Source of the DNA: Thermoproteota archaeon
GTDB lineage: Archaea; Thermoproteota; Methanomethylicia; Methanomethylicales; Methanomethylicaceae
DNA length: 64,000 nt
Assembly: GCA_029887795.1 (NCBI GenBank)
Contig: JARXPE010000002.1
Location: 8,904 to 72,903 of the forward strand
Direction: 5' to 3'
In this document: positions 1 through 9,853 of the stretch, in pieces
Position numbering within the stretch: position 1 is the first letter of the stretch
How the letters are laid out: every line of letters starts with the position of its first letter
Program-made: the position numbers and the translations under genes
Notes under the pieces: model-generated
What the model was told of the DNA's origin: nothing
What the model saw: the letters and a program-made list of their open reading frames with translations, nothing else
Databases searched by the model: none

Positions 1-1
1 A

Positions 2-742
2 TCATTCTGTGACACTCTGTTCTACCTCCTTTTCAACTAACCCGTCCTTCATCCAAAGGACTCTATGACAATGCCTTATGAGGTTTAGGTTGTGAGTGAC
101 CATTATAATTGTCACGCCCTTCTTATTTAAATTATGTAAAACCTCTATCACTTCCGCAGCGGACTTTGAATCTAAGTTGCCTGTCGGCTCGTCCGCTAGT
201 AGGATTTGTGGGTCGTTAGCAAGTGCTCTCGCTATGGCAACTCTTTGTTGTTGACCACCGCTCAACTCATTAGGTCGATTCTTCTCAAAGCCCTTCAGCC
301 CTACTATTGCGAGCAATTCCATGGCTCGAGCACGCCTCACCCTAGGAGACACTCCCGAGGCCACCATAGGCACTTCAACATTGTCGATGGCACTCATATA
401 TGGAATTAAATTGAAGGTTTGAAACACGAAGCCCAACTTTTTGTTGCGAAGCTCTGCCAGTTGATCACTTCTCAAGGATGAGATCTCCACCCCGTCGATT
501 ATCACTTTGCCCCTTGTGGGTCGATCAAGAGCCCCAAAGAGGTTTAGGAGGGTCGACTTGCCGCTTCCTGACGGACCCACGACAGCAACAAACTCTCCCC
601 TCCTAATTTGCATGTTAATGCCTCTGAGGGCAGGATACTCGACCTTGCCTAAGCGGTAGATCTTCCAAAGCTCTATAGCTACAATTACACAATCGGATAG
701 ATCCTTTTCTTTTTCAATGGGCTGGCTCTGAGCTACGCTCAA
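2..742 (-). CDS. ABC transporter ATP-binding protein (LolD/MacB-like)
   Basis: Walker A GPSGSGKST, signature LSGGQQQRV, Walker B LLADEPTGNLD, H-loop VTH. The stop overlaps an ATG (ATGA at 2-5), suggesting a downstream permease outside the window. Confidence 0.93.
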   Translation of the reverse strand: MSVAQSQPIEKEKDLSDCVIVAIELWKIYRLGKVEYPALRGINMQIRRGEFVAVVGPSGSGKSTLLNLFGALDRPTRGKVIIDGVEISSLRSDQLAELRNKKLGFVFQTFNLIPYMSAIDNVEVPMVASGVSPRVRRARAMELLAIVGLKGFEKNRPNELSGGQQQRVAIARALANDPQILLADEPTGNLDSKSAAEVIEVLHNLNKKGVTIIMVTHNLNLIRHCHRVLWMKDGLVEKEVEQSVTE

Positions 743-978
743 AAATTATCCTTCCTGTTGATAATATTTGTGTTGATATTGTACATCTTGTATAAAGATT
801 TCGGTGGTTTGTTTAACTTAATTTGATAATTTATCAGATAATGCACGCAAAAACTTCCAGCATTCAAACATCGCAGGAACGAATTTGCAAGTGATCAGAC
901 AACCGAAGAGTTCATTATATTAAGGAGCAGGCAATGATAATGGGTGTGATAACTGTTCGATGAGAAAGATGATGGTGT

Positions 979-1602
979 TTGGCTTTGCATGAGTTCGTTC
1001 TTTCATATGGCTATTTTGGGACATTCATCATATCGGTACTCGGCAATCTTATACCCTTCCTTCCAGTTCCATATCTTGTACCGATCTTTTTGCTCTCGGA
1101 AGTGCTCGAGCCTTTTTTTGTCGGCATCACAGTGGGCATCGGCGCCAGTCTCGGAAAATGTGTTTCCTACGCGATAGGAAGGGGAGGGCGGGCAGTTCTT
1201 GACGAGAAAAAGAAGAAGGAACTCGAATGTTTTGGCAATCTGCTGGGAAAATATGGTGCCGTAGCAGTCTACTTATTTGCATCCCTGCCCCTCCCGGACG
1301 ACATAATTGTGATGCCGTTCGGAATCATAAAGTACAACTTCAAAAGGTTCTTTTTGGCTTTGTTGTTAGGAAAATTGACATTAGGGATGCTTGTCGCTTA
1401 CACTGCAAGATACTCATTCGAATACGCAAAGATCTTTATCGGAAATGGAGATCCGTTGCCCACAATAATAGTGTCGGTCGTATTTATGCTAATCATGACA
1501 TGGGTAATATACAAGATCGATTGGATTGAGGCAACACAGTATATCGAAAAGAACGGTGTGGTAGCATACATAAAGTTCATGATGAGCAAAAGATCAAGAT
1601 GA
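979..1602 (+). CDS. VTT/DedA (SNARE-associated) family membrane protein
   Basis: Hydrophobic; PFLPVP, G-x3-G-x3-Y-x2-G, PLPDD and FFLALLLGK motifs typical of DedA/VTT. Confidence 0.8.
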   Translation: MALHEFVLSYGYFGTFIISVLGNLIPFLPVPYLVPIFLLSEVLEPFFVGITVGIGASLGKCVSYAIGRGGRAVLDEKKKKELECFGNLLGKYGAVAVYLFASLPLPDDIIVMPFGIIKYNFKRFFLALLLGKLTLGMLVAYTARYSFEYAKIFIGNGDPLPTIIVSVVFMLIMTWVIYKIDWIEATQYIEKNGVVAYIKFMMSKRSR

Positions 1603-1717
1603 AAAACGTTTGAGATGACTTATCAGAAAAGCAATAATGCCACTTAATTTGTGTTTTTGGGTAATGGATGATTAACTTTTAAAACACAGAAACATAGAAG
1701 CTATTCGGCGAGGGTGC

Positions 1718-2404
1718 TTGAAGGTCACACTTTTGTCATTTACGCCAGATCCAGAGAGGGTTGTTGCAGCCTCTGCCAGGCAGTGCTATTCAAAATTCAG
1801 TGCAACAAGGGCTCTAAGGGATCTTACTGACGCGGACATCCAAAGATTGCTGAAAAAGGTAATAGAGAGCGGACATCACTCCGTTCTGGAACACGCCAGC
1901 TTCACCTTTGCGATAGAGGGGATCTCCAGGGCCTGCAGCCATCAATTGGTTCGGCACAGGATAGCCTCATACTCTCAGCAGAGTCAGAGGTACGTAAAGC
2001 TAGACGAGATAGATTTCATTATCCCAGAGAGTATCAACAGGGACGATAAACTCAGAAGTGAGTTTTATGAAGCTTTAGAACTCTGCAAAACTTGTTACAA
2101 AAAACTTCTTGAAGAGGGCGTGCCGGCTGAAGATGCAAGGTATGTCCTGCCTCAGGCAACGCCCACTAAGATCGTAGTTACCATGAATGCCAGATCTCTT
2201 ATGAACTTCTTTGAGCTGAGGTGCTGCCTCTCTGCTCAGTGGGAGATAAGAAGGCTGGCGGAGGAGATGTTGTCTCTAGTTAAACAAGTTGCTCCACACA
2301 TCTTCGAGAATGCAGGACCATTCTGTGTAACGAGAAAAGTTTGTCCGGAGAAGAAGTATGAGTGCCCAAAATGGATAGAACTGTATAAAAAATCAACTGT
2401 ATAA
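1718..2404 (+). CDS. thyX: FAD-dependent thymidylate synthase
   Basis: ThyX motif RHRIASYSQQSQRY; also HHSVLEH, EDARYVLP and AQWEIR. Confidence 0.97.
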   Translation: MKVTLLSFTPDPERVVAASARQCYSKFSATRALRDLTDADIQRLLKKVIESGHHSVLEHASFTFAIEGISRACSHQLVRHRIASYSQQSQRYVKLDEIDFIIPESINRDDKLRSEFYEALELCKTCYKKLLEEGVPAEDARYVLPQATPTKIVVTMNARSLMNFFELRCCLSAQWEIRRLAEEMLSLVKQVAPHIFENAGPFCVTRKVCPEKKYECPKWIELYKKSTV

Positions 2405-2475
2405 TAAAAACTAAAAAGGCAGCATTGGTCTTGGCATCGCTCATTAAACATTAATATTCAGTCATTCATCATCTA

Positions 2476-3147
2476 TCAAGTAAATAGTGCTTTCACGGCT
2501 TCTAATGACCCTTCTTTCACAATTAGTTCTAATACATAATCAGGTTGTATTTTGAGAGAGGGATCGACCGGGATGTATCGATCGTTTTTATCCTTCGCCC
2601 GTAATATCATCCATTCGCTCTTGAGGGGAAGCTCGCTTATTTGCATGTTGACGACGGGAGCGTTTTTTCCAACTTTTACCCTCACCCTCTTTATCCCAAG
2701 GCTCTGATAGGACTGAGGTAATGCCCCATCTTCATATTCTATTGGTCTTCCTTCTTTAGTTATCTGGAGGATTTTCTCGGCGGCAGCCTCCTCGGGGCAT
2801 ATCGTATGGGTTATCCCTAACTTCCCCGCGATTTTAGAAAGGCGAGGGTCACTCACCCTTGCGATTACTTTTTGGATGCCCAGATCCTTTGCCAGCAAAC
2901 AGCCCAATATGTTCTTTTCGTCGTTCCCCGTGACCGATATGAAGATTTCATATTCCTTAATGTTCATGTTGCTGAGATCGTCTATGTCTGTTATGTCTCC
3001 CTTGAAAACGAGGACATCAAATTCGTTGGAAATCTCCTTACATCTCTCCTCGTCTATATCAACTACCGCTACCTCATTTCCGTTTTCCTTCAATTCTCTT
3101 ATTAGGATTTTTCCAGTCCTTCCCGCACCAGCAATTATTACCTTCAT
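2476..3147 (-). CDS. trkA: Trk potassium uptake NAD-binding subunit
   Basis: RCK N-domain with GAGRTG Rossmann motif, D..N motif and C-terminal RCK_C; divergent from trkH. Confidence 0.9.
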   Translation of the reverse strand: MKVIIAGAGRTGKILIRELKENGNEVAVVDIDEERCKEISNEFDVLVFKGDITDIDDLSNMNIKEYEIFISVTGNDEKNILGCLLAKDLGIQKVIARVSDPRLSKIAGKLGITHTICPEEAAAEKILQITKEGRPIEYEDGALPQSYQSLGIKRVRVKVGKNAPVVNMQISELPLKSEWMILRAKDKNDRYIPVDPSLKIQPDYVLELIVKEGSLEAVKALFT

Positions 3148-3233
3148 GAAGGAATACCTTTTATAGACTAATATTATTGAATTGCTGTAAATAAACCATA
3201 GGATAAAAATCTTGTGTCAGTAGGGGATCAGTC

Positions 3234-4673
3234 ATGAATGATAATGCGCATGAAGTCCTATCAGGTTTCGTCGGTCTATTGTTGGTCACGGGCATTATAA
3301 TCATGATCCCCTCTTTCCCGGCGCTACTTTATTCCGAATATCCGGTGCTACCATTCTTCCTAATACCAGGTATAATCGCGATCAGTTTAGGACTGTATCT
3401 TGGGATCAAATATCCACTAGTTGAAGAGTTCTCTATCAGGGGCACCATAATAATAGCCTGTGCCGGGTGGCTCTTTATCTCCGCTATTGGCACAATCCCA
3501 TTTTTGGGTATTGGTATGCATCCATTAGATGCTTTTTTTGAGTCGATCTCGGGTTTTACGACAACTGGAATGACTTTGCTCGTTAGTCTAGAGACCTGCC
3601 CAAGGTCAATTCTCTTTTGGCGGAGTCTATCTGAATGGGTTGGAGGGGTAGGGGTGATTTTGCTTTTTACCATACTGCTGCGAGGAGGGATGAGCACATG
3701 GCGCCTCTATACGCTCGAGGGCAGGGAGAAGTTCACTCCTAGTGTCAAATCTAGTGTTAGAAACATTCTTTTAATTTACTTGTCACTGACGACAATTTGT
3801 GCAATCGTACTCTACTTTTGTGGTCTGGACCTTTTCGACTCAATTAACCATGCAATGACCGCCCTTGCCACTGGAGGGTTCTCCACAAGAACCGGAAGCA
3901 TAACAGATTTCGATGTTTCAGTAAAGATCGCCCTTATGATATTCATGATCCTTGGTGCGACAAGTTTTGTGCTATTCTACAATCTGATAAAATTCGAGGT
4001 CAGAAAAGTGATAGGGGATGTAGAGTTCAAAACCATGCTTTTCATGATCTTTTTGGGAGGGCTTGTCGCATCGGTATCATTGTTAGTATTCCAAAATTCG
4101 CCTCCCACGGGCTTTGTTGATGGGTTCTTCAACGTCGTATCCATAGTCACTACCACAGGGTACACTAGTGGTGACATATCAGTATGGCCAAACTTAACAA
4201 AGGTCCTTCTTCTAATCTTCATGATCCTTGGGGGGAGCGCAGGATCTACGGCGGGAGGAATAAAGTTATGGCGGGTAATCGTACTATTCCGCTTGGTCAA
4301 GAGAGAGGTGCAAAAGCTTACTCTTCCACACTCTGCCGTGATACCAATTAAAATAGGCGGGAAACCCCTTGATGATGAATACGTGATGAAGATAGTGGCG
4401 CTCTTCACGGCATATTTCTTATTCCTATTTGTTGAGTTCTTGCTCCTTAGTTTATCCGTTCCAGACCTCTTTGGTGCTTTCTCGTTAGCGGTTTCTTCTC
4501 TGAGCAACATCGGTCCAGCCTTCTACCCGGTTGACTTGCTCGACCCGTTCTCCAAAATAGTTCTTATATTCGGGATGTGGTTTGGGAGGCTAGAACTTCT
4601 TCCCGTTATGGCTTTTATACTCAAAGAACTTCCGTTGACGTTTAAAGAATACATCAAAGGGAGAGCCGAATAA
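3234..4673 (+). CDS. trkH: Trk potassium uptake membrane subunit
   Basis: Four pore-loop motifs FTTTG, LATGG, VTTTG and LSNIG; GSTAGGIK and GRLE motifs. Confidence 0.95.
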   Translation: MNDNAHEVLSGFVGLLLVTGIIIMIPSFPALLYSEYPVLPFFLIPGIIAISLGLYLGIKYPLVEEFSIRGTIIIACAGWLFISAIGTIPFLGIGMHPLDAFFESISGFTTTGMTLLVSLETCPRSILFWRSLSEWVGGVGVILLFTILLRGGMSTWRLYTLEGREKFTPSVKSSVRNILLIYLSLTTICAIVLYFCGLDLFDSINHAMTALATGGFSTRTGSITDFDVSVKIALMIFMILGATSFVLFYNLIKFEVRKVIGDVEFKTMLFMIFLGGLVASVSLLVFQNSPPTGFVDGFFNVVSIVTTTGYTSGDISVWPNLTKVLLLIFMILGGSAGSTAGGIKLWRVIVLFRLVKREVQKLTLPHSAVIPIKIGGKPLDDEYVMKIVALFTAYFLFLFVEFLLLSLSVPDLFGAFSLAVSSLSNIGPAFYPVDLLDPFSKIVLIFGMWFGRLELLPVMAFILKELPLTFKEYIKGRAE

Positions 4674-4683
4674 GTCCGAATTC

Positions 4684-5169
4684 TTATCTAATTGTCTGCG
4701 ATCTCAGACGTGCCTCGCGCCTCTTTTGAGCCTCAATGAACCGTCTCTTCTCATCTTCGGTCTCGGGTATTAGCCTGGGCACCCTTTTTGGTTTTCCATT
4801 CTCGTCGAGCGCCACCATGGTGCAGTAGGCAGACGCGGCATGGACTGTTTCGCCTGTTCGAGGATTCTCTGCTTCGACACGAACTCCGACCTCCATTGAG
4901 GTATTACCAACGTAGTTAACAGATGCCTTGAGTATTAAGAGATCGCCAACACGAACCGGTTTGTGAAAGTCCATTCTATCCATCGAGGCGATCACTACAT
5001 TAGAACGAGCATGTCGCATAGCTACTGCTGCCGCAATCTCATCTATGTACCTTACAATAGCGCCACCAAAAACATTTCCAGCAGGGTTCGCGTCCGAAGG
5101 AAACATCCAACGGACGGATGTTAAGGCTGAGTCGCTAACTTTTCTAGCTTCTTCAACCATGGATGACAC
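4684..5169 (-). CDS. Acyl-CoA thioesterase (hotdog fold, YciA-like)
   Basis: DANPAGNVFGG...D motif; VGNTSMEVGV; VALDENGKP. Confidence 0.92.
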   Translation of the reverse strand: MSSMVEEARKVSDSALTSVRWMFPSDANPAGNVFGGAIVRYIDEIAAAVAMRHARSNVVIASMDRMDFHKPVRVGDLLILKASVNYVGNTSMEVGVRVEAENPRTGETVHAASAYCTMVALDENGKPKRVPRLIPETEDEKRRFIEAQKRREARLRSQTIR

Positions 5170-5317
5170 CTAAACAATGATGAGTCCACATCCTTAAATA
5201 TTTAGTTTTTCAACCTCAAGAGCAGCACCCTCTAATTAACCCACGCCAGATCTCTTTCTGAGGACCGCGGATCTTTTTGAGAACCAAACATCGCTTTCCC
5301 AACTCTAGGGAATGGTA

Positions 5318-6625
5318 CTAGAGCGGGGCTTGGGTAAGTCTGCATACCTCATGCCATGAGTCGTCCAACTTCAAATGCCCTATTACAAGTGTCGCAACCT
5401 CACAATCAATAGGTGTTAAGGCGACCATCTTTTTGGATTCGTAATCAATATGCGAGATGATCCCTAGCCCGGCAAAACCACCGTCTGGGGAAATCAGACC
5501 CAACATAATCCCTTTCTCGAAACCCTTAGGCATGATTATTATATCATTCATTCCCGTGATCTCTCTAAGCTTATTTATTTCCATAGGATCGGCTTCTCTC
5601 TCTGTGACTAAAAACAGGAAATCGTCGCCCAATTCTCCATAAAGAAGCCTTAATCGTAGCTGTTTCTGAATATCTTCCAGCAAGGTCGAGGGCATGATCC
5701 TACCATAGGTGTAATGTCCGTTTAAGAGCGGGGTTTCTATTAGATTAAATACTCTGGCCTTACTTTTTGCAAAATAGCTTTGATATGCATCCTCACGCCT
5801 ACTCTTCCTTTCCTCCCTGCTTCTAACCCTCGATGCCGGGGAGGTTGAGATTTTAAGAGTTTTTATAAATTTAAAATGGTCCAAAACCGTGATCAGAGGC
5901 GCTAGTTCCGACCCTTTCTGAATGATGACCAAAAAGTCTGGCGCTATGGATTGGATTAAGGATATTTTAAAATCTCTGGCCCTCCTACCTGAAACCCAGC
6001 CACATGTGTTTATAATAACAAGGTTTGCTCCTTTGGCAAAAGCTTTATCCACTAAGGCTCGAGCGCCTATTATTATACGCATCTGCGAATCTAGATCTGA
6101 AGGAGTTGTTGAGCCCACAAAACGCATGTCTTCTGAAGGAATGTTGTTTAGAGAAATTATGCCACTCTTTAAAATTCCGAGCCCTATTGTTGTAGGAGGG
6201 GAGATCTCCCCCTGTCCCGGGTCAGCGTCTACTACAGCTACTTCGAGACCGCGATCAAACCCCATATTAGATAAATAAACCGCGAATGTGGTTTTTCCGC
6301 TGTCTACACCTCCAATGATCATTACTTTTAAAGGTGCCTTGCTATTCAAAATAGTCTCAACGGCAGTCTTCCAATCATTTGGTATTGCGCCCACAAACTC
6401 ATTGATACTCGCGCCAGAACCAGGTCTAATTTCAATAATGGATTCTGATTCTACCTCTAAGGGTGCCGATTTGCCCTTTGGGACGATCATTTCTTCACCG
6501 GCCACAACCCTTTTGCCCAATAGAAAGGATTTACCATCATGAAGAGCAATAAATGCAGGACCGTTTATTAGAAAAGAACTCCCACGATTGCACTTCATGA
6601 GAGGCAATTGACCACCATCCTGCAT
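5318..6625 (-). CDS. Clp1/Grc3/Nol9-family polynucleotide 5'-hydroxyl kinase
   Basis: P-loop GGVDSGKTT, DADPGQ, NTCGW and the lid motif RSREERKSRRE. Confidence 0.88.
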   Translation of the reverse strand: MQDGGQLPLMKCNRGSSFLINGPAFIALHDGKSFLLGKRVVAGEEMIVPKGKSAPLEVESESIIEIRPGSGASINEFVGAIPNDWKTAVETILNSKAPLKVMIIGGVDSGKTTFAVYLSNMGFDRGLEVAVVDADPGQGEISPPTTIGLGILKSGIISLNNIPSEDMRFVGSTTPSDLDSQMRIIIGARALVDKAFAKGANLVIINTCGWVSGRRARDFKISLIQSIAPDFLVIIQKGSELAPLITVLDHFKFIKTLKISTSPASRVRSREERKSRREDAYQSYFAKSKARVFNLIETPLLNGHYTYGRIMPSTLLEDIQKQLRLRLLYGELGDDFLFLVTEREADPMEINKLREITGMNDIIIMPKGFEKGIMLGLISPDGGFAGLGIISHIDYESKKMVALTPIDCEVATLVIGHLKLDDSWHEVCRLTQAPL

Positions 6626-6801
6626 TATTTTAAATAGGATTTATCCATTTATCTAAAGTTAGCCCTTGTTAGACTGGCAGACGATATTAATTACTCCCCG
6701 TGTCCATCAAAAATGATAGTAAATATCCTTAAATTTCAGATTTGTTGGAAAGAAAATAGCCCTAATGTGAATATTACATATTGCGAAAGGCTGGGTACTA
6801 T

Positions 6802-7257
6802 ATGGAAAATGAGGACCCTTTTGAAGAGATCGCAAAAAACATACTCACAATTCTCAAAGAGAAGGGCGGTCGAGCAGACTTTTCAGAACTTGAGAAATGG
6901 GCAGAGCTTACTAATTTGGGAAAATATACGCTTAGAACCGTAGTTAACGAGATGATCAGTAGTGCGAGGCTTAAGGCACCCGAGGGTTTTTATGATGCTG
7001 AGACAGAGATCGAGCCCCCAATTCCAAAAGTAGTTGAATTGCCAAAGTTCTCCCCTGCCGAGCTAGAGAAGCTAAAGGATTACCTACGCGAATATCACAG
7101 CGTTGGCTTACTGAGGTTGTTTGAGGACTTGAGCAGAGCAGGACTTAAAGAGATAAACGAGATGCTCAAGGAAGTCATTGAGGGGGGTTACGCCGAACTC
7201 ACACCCTCAGGAGTAGTTAATGCCACAAAAAAGTTAATTGCTGAACGAAAACGCTAA
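6802..7257 (+). CDS. Hypothetical protein, probably tandem winged-helix
   Basis: ATG at 6802 preferred over TTG 6781. Two ~60-aa helix-rich halves each end in an L/I-x-x-G/A-x-hydrophobic wing-like segment, joined by a Pro-rich linker. Confidence 0.7.
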   Translation: MENEDPFEEIAKNILTILKEKGGRADFSELEKWAELTNLGKYTLRTVVNEMISSARLKAPEGFYDAETEIEPPIPKVVELPKFSPAELEKLKDYLREYHSVGLLRLFEDLSRAGLKEINEMLKEVIEGGYAELTPSGVVNATKKLIAERKR

Positions 7258-7447
7258 CTTCCTAAAATTCACGTCTTTTGTTTCAAAAGTGTTTCAATTT
7301 TCCAATTTTGGCCAGTCCTGCGCTCTTATGTGTTAGCGCAAGATCCATTCGTCCCTTTCATGTTACAAAAATTAATTTATTGCCCTCCACGGGTATGTGA
7401 GGCAAAAAATAAAGGGTGCCGGAAACTAAATTTGCACGTGATTAAAA

Positions 7448-7780
7448 ATGGCAGAGAAAACCGACGAGAAAACAATCGGGATATTCAACGGGACCGCAAA
7501 GATAGGAGAGATCCTAGCAGGCTTCTCCCAATTGACCCTCACGCCGCAGGACATGACGAGCCCAGTTGCTCTGCAAATGGCCATAAGTAGGATTTACGAG
7601 GCGATGACGAAAGCAATAGCTTCAGGACCAAAAAAGAAGTATGTTGCCGAGGTACGGTTTACGGACTCTTTGGGCAATCCCGTAGTCTTAGCATTGGACC
7701 TTGGCGAAAGGATGCCACCCTTCACCAACAAAGAAGTCAGGGCGAGGATTCTTATCGAGCTCTTCGAAGATCCTCAATAA
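7448..7780 (+). CDS. Conserved-looking hypothetical protein (110 aa)
   Basis: Clean ATG ORF with normal globular composition; no family recognised. Confidence 0.75.
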   Translation: MAEKTDEKTIGIFNGTAKIGEILAGFSQLTLTPQDMTSPVALQMAISRIYEAMTKAIASGPKKKYVAEVRFTDSLGNPVVLALDLGERMPPFTNKEVRARILIELFEDPQ

Positions 7781-7801
7781 CTTATGTCAATTTTCCTCAC
7801 A

Positions 7802-8437
7802 CTAAAGAAGTCTGGGGAGCAGCTCCCTAAGGTCTTTTATGAACCTCCTTCCTTTTTTCTTGCCCTCCCTGTCTAGGTAGAAAGCAAGTATGCCTGCCTT
7901 CCTAGCTTTAACATAGTCTAGTTCCATGCTGTCGCCGACATGGGCCATCTGGGATGGTGTGGTTGAGAGGAGTCTGCAGATCTCGAGGTATGCCTGAGTG
8001 TCCTTCATCATTTTAAGGTCTGAAAGGGTCGAGTATATGTGCTTGAAGTAGCGCTGAAGGGGTCTCGTGGTTATGTCTAAAAAAAGCCTAGAAGAGTTAG
8101 ATATTATTACGAGCTCATAGAAATCCTTGAGCTTCTCAAGGACTTCGATCACCTCAGGATAGAGCGTAACTGCGTCCTTATACTGATTTACGAAAGACTT
8201 CGGATCTATCTTCAACCTATACCTTTTTACCCAGTACTCGAGGTCATACCACTCTGGTCTGTTGGGACCTATGGTGTTGTAATCGTTGTAGAGCATCTTC
8301 TTTGCATCCTCCAATTGAATTCCCCACTCCTCTGAAACCACCTGCGGTAATGCTTCGAGCCAAACAATATCAGCAAAAGAAGGTGTGACTAGAGTTCCGT
8401 CAACGTCAAACGATACAAATCTGATTCTTCTCCTCAT
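7802..8437 (-). CDS. HAD-superfamily hydrolase
   Basis: Motif I FDVDGTL, motif II ISNS, motif IV HVGDS..D. Confidence 0.92.
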   Translation of the reverse strand: MRRRIRFVSFDVDGTLVTPSFADIVWLEALPQVVSEEWGIQLEDAKKMLYNDYNTIGPNRPEWYDLEYWVKRYRLKIDPKSFVNQYKDAVTLYPEVIEVLEKLKDFYELVIISNSSRLFLDITTRPLQRYFKHIYSTLSDLKMMKDTQAYLEICRLLSTTPSQMAHVGDSMELDYVKARKAGILAFYLDREGKKKGRRFIKDLRELLPRLL

Positions 8438-8530
8438 AAAACCACCACGAAGGCACTGGATTTATTATACATGTTTAATGTTGAAGGTGGACATCAATAT
8501 AAAAATAAAAAATGAGCTTTGCGTGTCCAG

Positions 8531-9313
8531 TCATGGCGGACTTGGAGGCGGAGGCGGGGGTGGTGGAGGGGCTGAAGAGGGGGCGGGAGTCGTAGTTGGA
8601 GGTGACGTTGGTGGCTGTCCAGCGGTTTGCTGTGTAGTTGGAACACCCACAGCTGAATCATACATTAACCCGATGCTCCTTGCAAGGAATATCAACAATA
8701 TTATTCCCAGCAGATCTGATATGATCCCTCCTATAAGGGGTATCATGTTAAATGCGCCCACGATTGTACCAAGAACAGCAGCCACCACCATCCAGAATAG
8801 GTATCTGAGAAGACCGATCTTGCCCACTATATTTAGCAGTTCGCTCACCGCAAATGCCTTGCCGAAAGATCCTGTTTTGAACATATGGACTATTCCAATG
8901 CCTGCCAGTATGAAGATCGCGAAGGCTATGACGAACATTAGGAGTACCAGGACGAAAGACGTGAACCTTAGGAGTGCGGTGGGTTGCGTCATGTATGTCA
9001 TCATATGCTCCCAACGCATAATACTGAAAACGGGGATGAATGTGAATAGAAATATAATTATGACAGGGATAGACCATATCAGAGCCGCCACGAAGACCTT
9101 AAGTCCGTCAACAAAAAGTGCCCAAAATTCAGAGAGCCTCGGAGGTGCTTGAGAATCGGGGCGGTCCTTTATGACCCTTCCATAGTATCCAATTGCAATT
9201 AAATTTACAACAGGAATTATGGATACTACCAAGAGTATCAGTAGGTCGCCAAACCTTGACAAAATTGCCTTAGTATAGTCTGCAGCTTTTGAAAAAATTT
9301 CAGAGAGGCTCAT
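8531..9313 (-). CDS. DUF4013-like membrane protein with Pro-rich C-terminal tail
   Basis: IIPVVNLIAIGY, P....W..LF.DG and AF.....L motifs typical of DUF4013; C-terminal P/T/S-rich tail. Confidence 0.75.
   Translation of the reverse strand: MSLSEIFSKAADYTKAILSRFGDLLILLVVSIIPVVNLIAIGYYGRVIKDRPDSQAPPRLSEFWALFVDGLKVFVAALIWSIPVIIIFLFTFIPVFSIMRWEHMMTYMTQPTALLRFTSFVLVLLMFVIAFAIFILAGIGIVHMFKTGSFGKAFAVSELLNIVGKIGLLRYLFWMVVAAVLGTIVGAFNMIPLIGGIISDLLGIILLIFLARSIGLMYDSAVGVPTTQQTAGQPPTSPPTTTPAPSSAPPPPPPPPPSPP
8534..8645 (-). repeat. Low-complexity Pro/Thr-coding tract
   Basis: Encodes PTTQQTAGQPPTSPPTTTPAPSSAPPPPPPPPPSPP; G-rich on the + strand. Confidence 0.7.
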
Positions 9314-9422
9314 AACAATCTTAAAAAGATTGACTAAACGACTATATAAACATCTTCCCTAGTAGGCCTGAAATGTAAGTATAAAAAAAGGAAAAGGCTA
9401 TCAAATTAGGTTTGTACTTTTT

Positions 9423-9737
9423 CTACTTCTTTGTTGATAGCTTTATCTCTATAGTTGAGACGTTTCTGGGTGGTTCGCCGATCAGTTCGGTGCCTATCGC
9501 TACGTCCTTGACAACGGCATCGCCGCTCAGGAACCTCTTGGAGACCACCTCGGCTACATCAACTGCAGCAGAGATAGCCCTTCCCCTTGCCTTGATGGTT
9601 ATCTCGCCACTTTCCTTTAGCTGCATTAGGGCTGCCATAGCATAGCTCATGATTGGTTTCTTGCCCACCAAGATAACGTCTCTAGGCATAGCTTGCCTTT
9701 CCTTTGGTTGTGCTTCCTTCGCTGGTTCTTCAGCCAC
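9423..9737 (-). CDS. albA: DNA/RNA-binding protein Alba
   Basis: VGKKPIMSY, IKARGRAISAAVDVAE and VSTIEI motifs. GGAGGTGA SD favours GTG 9737 (the ORF extends to 9746). Confidence 0.96.
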   Translation of the reverse strand: MAEEPAKEAQPKERQAMPRDVILVGKKPIMSYAMAALMQLKESGEITIKARGRAISAAVDVAEVVSKRFLSGDAVVKDVAIGTELIGEPPRNVSTIEIKLSTKK

Positions 9738-9853
9738 ATTGTTCACCTCCGAAAGCGATGTTAGTAGAATAAAATAGGCGTCACACCTTTTTAAGCCTTA
9801 GCAATGAAAAGAAAAGTCTTAAACCAAAATATGACAAATAATTAGTGGGAAAT

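Noticed and set aside
5177..5261. ATGATGA...CTGA resembling a C/D box sRNA
   Set aside because: The span (~85 nt) is longer than typical, no clear internal D'/C' boxes are present, and it overlaps the thioesterase promoter.
8385..9152. 255-aa plus-strand ORF with a poly-Gly tract
   Set aside because: Antisense shadow of the DUF4013 gene; the poly-Gly is the complement of its poly-Pro tail.
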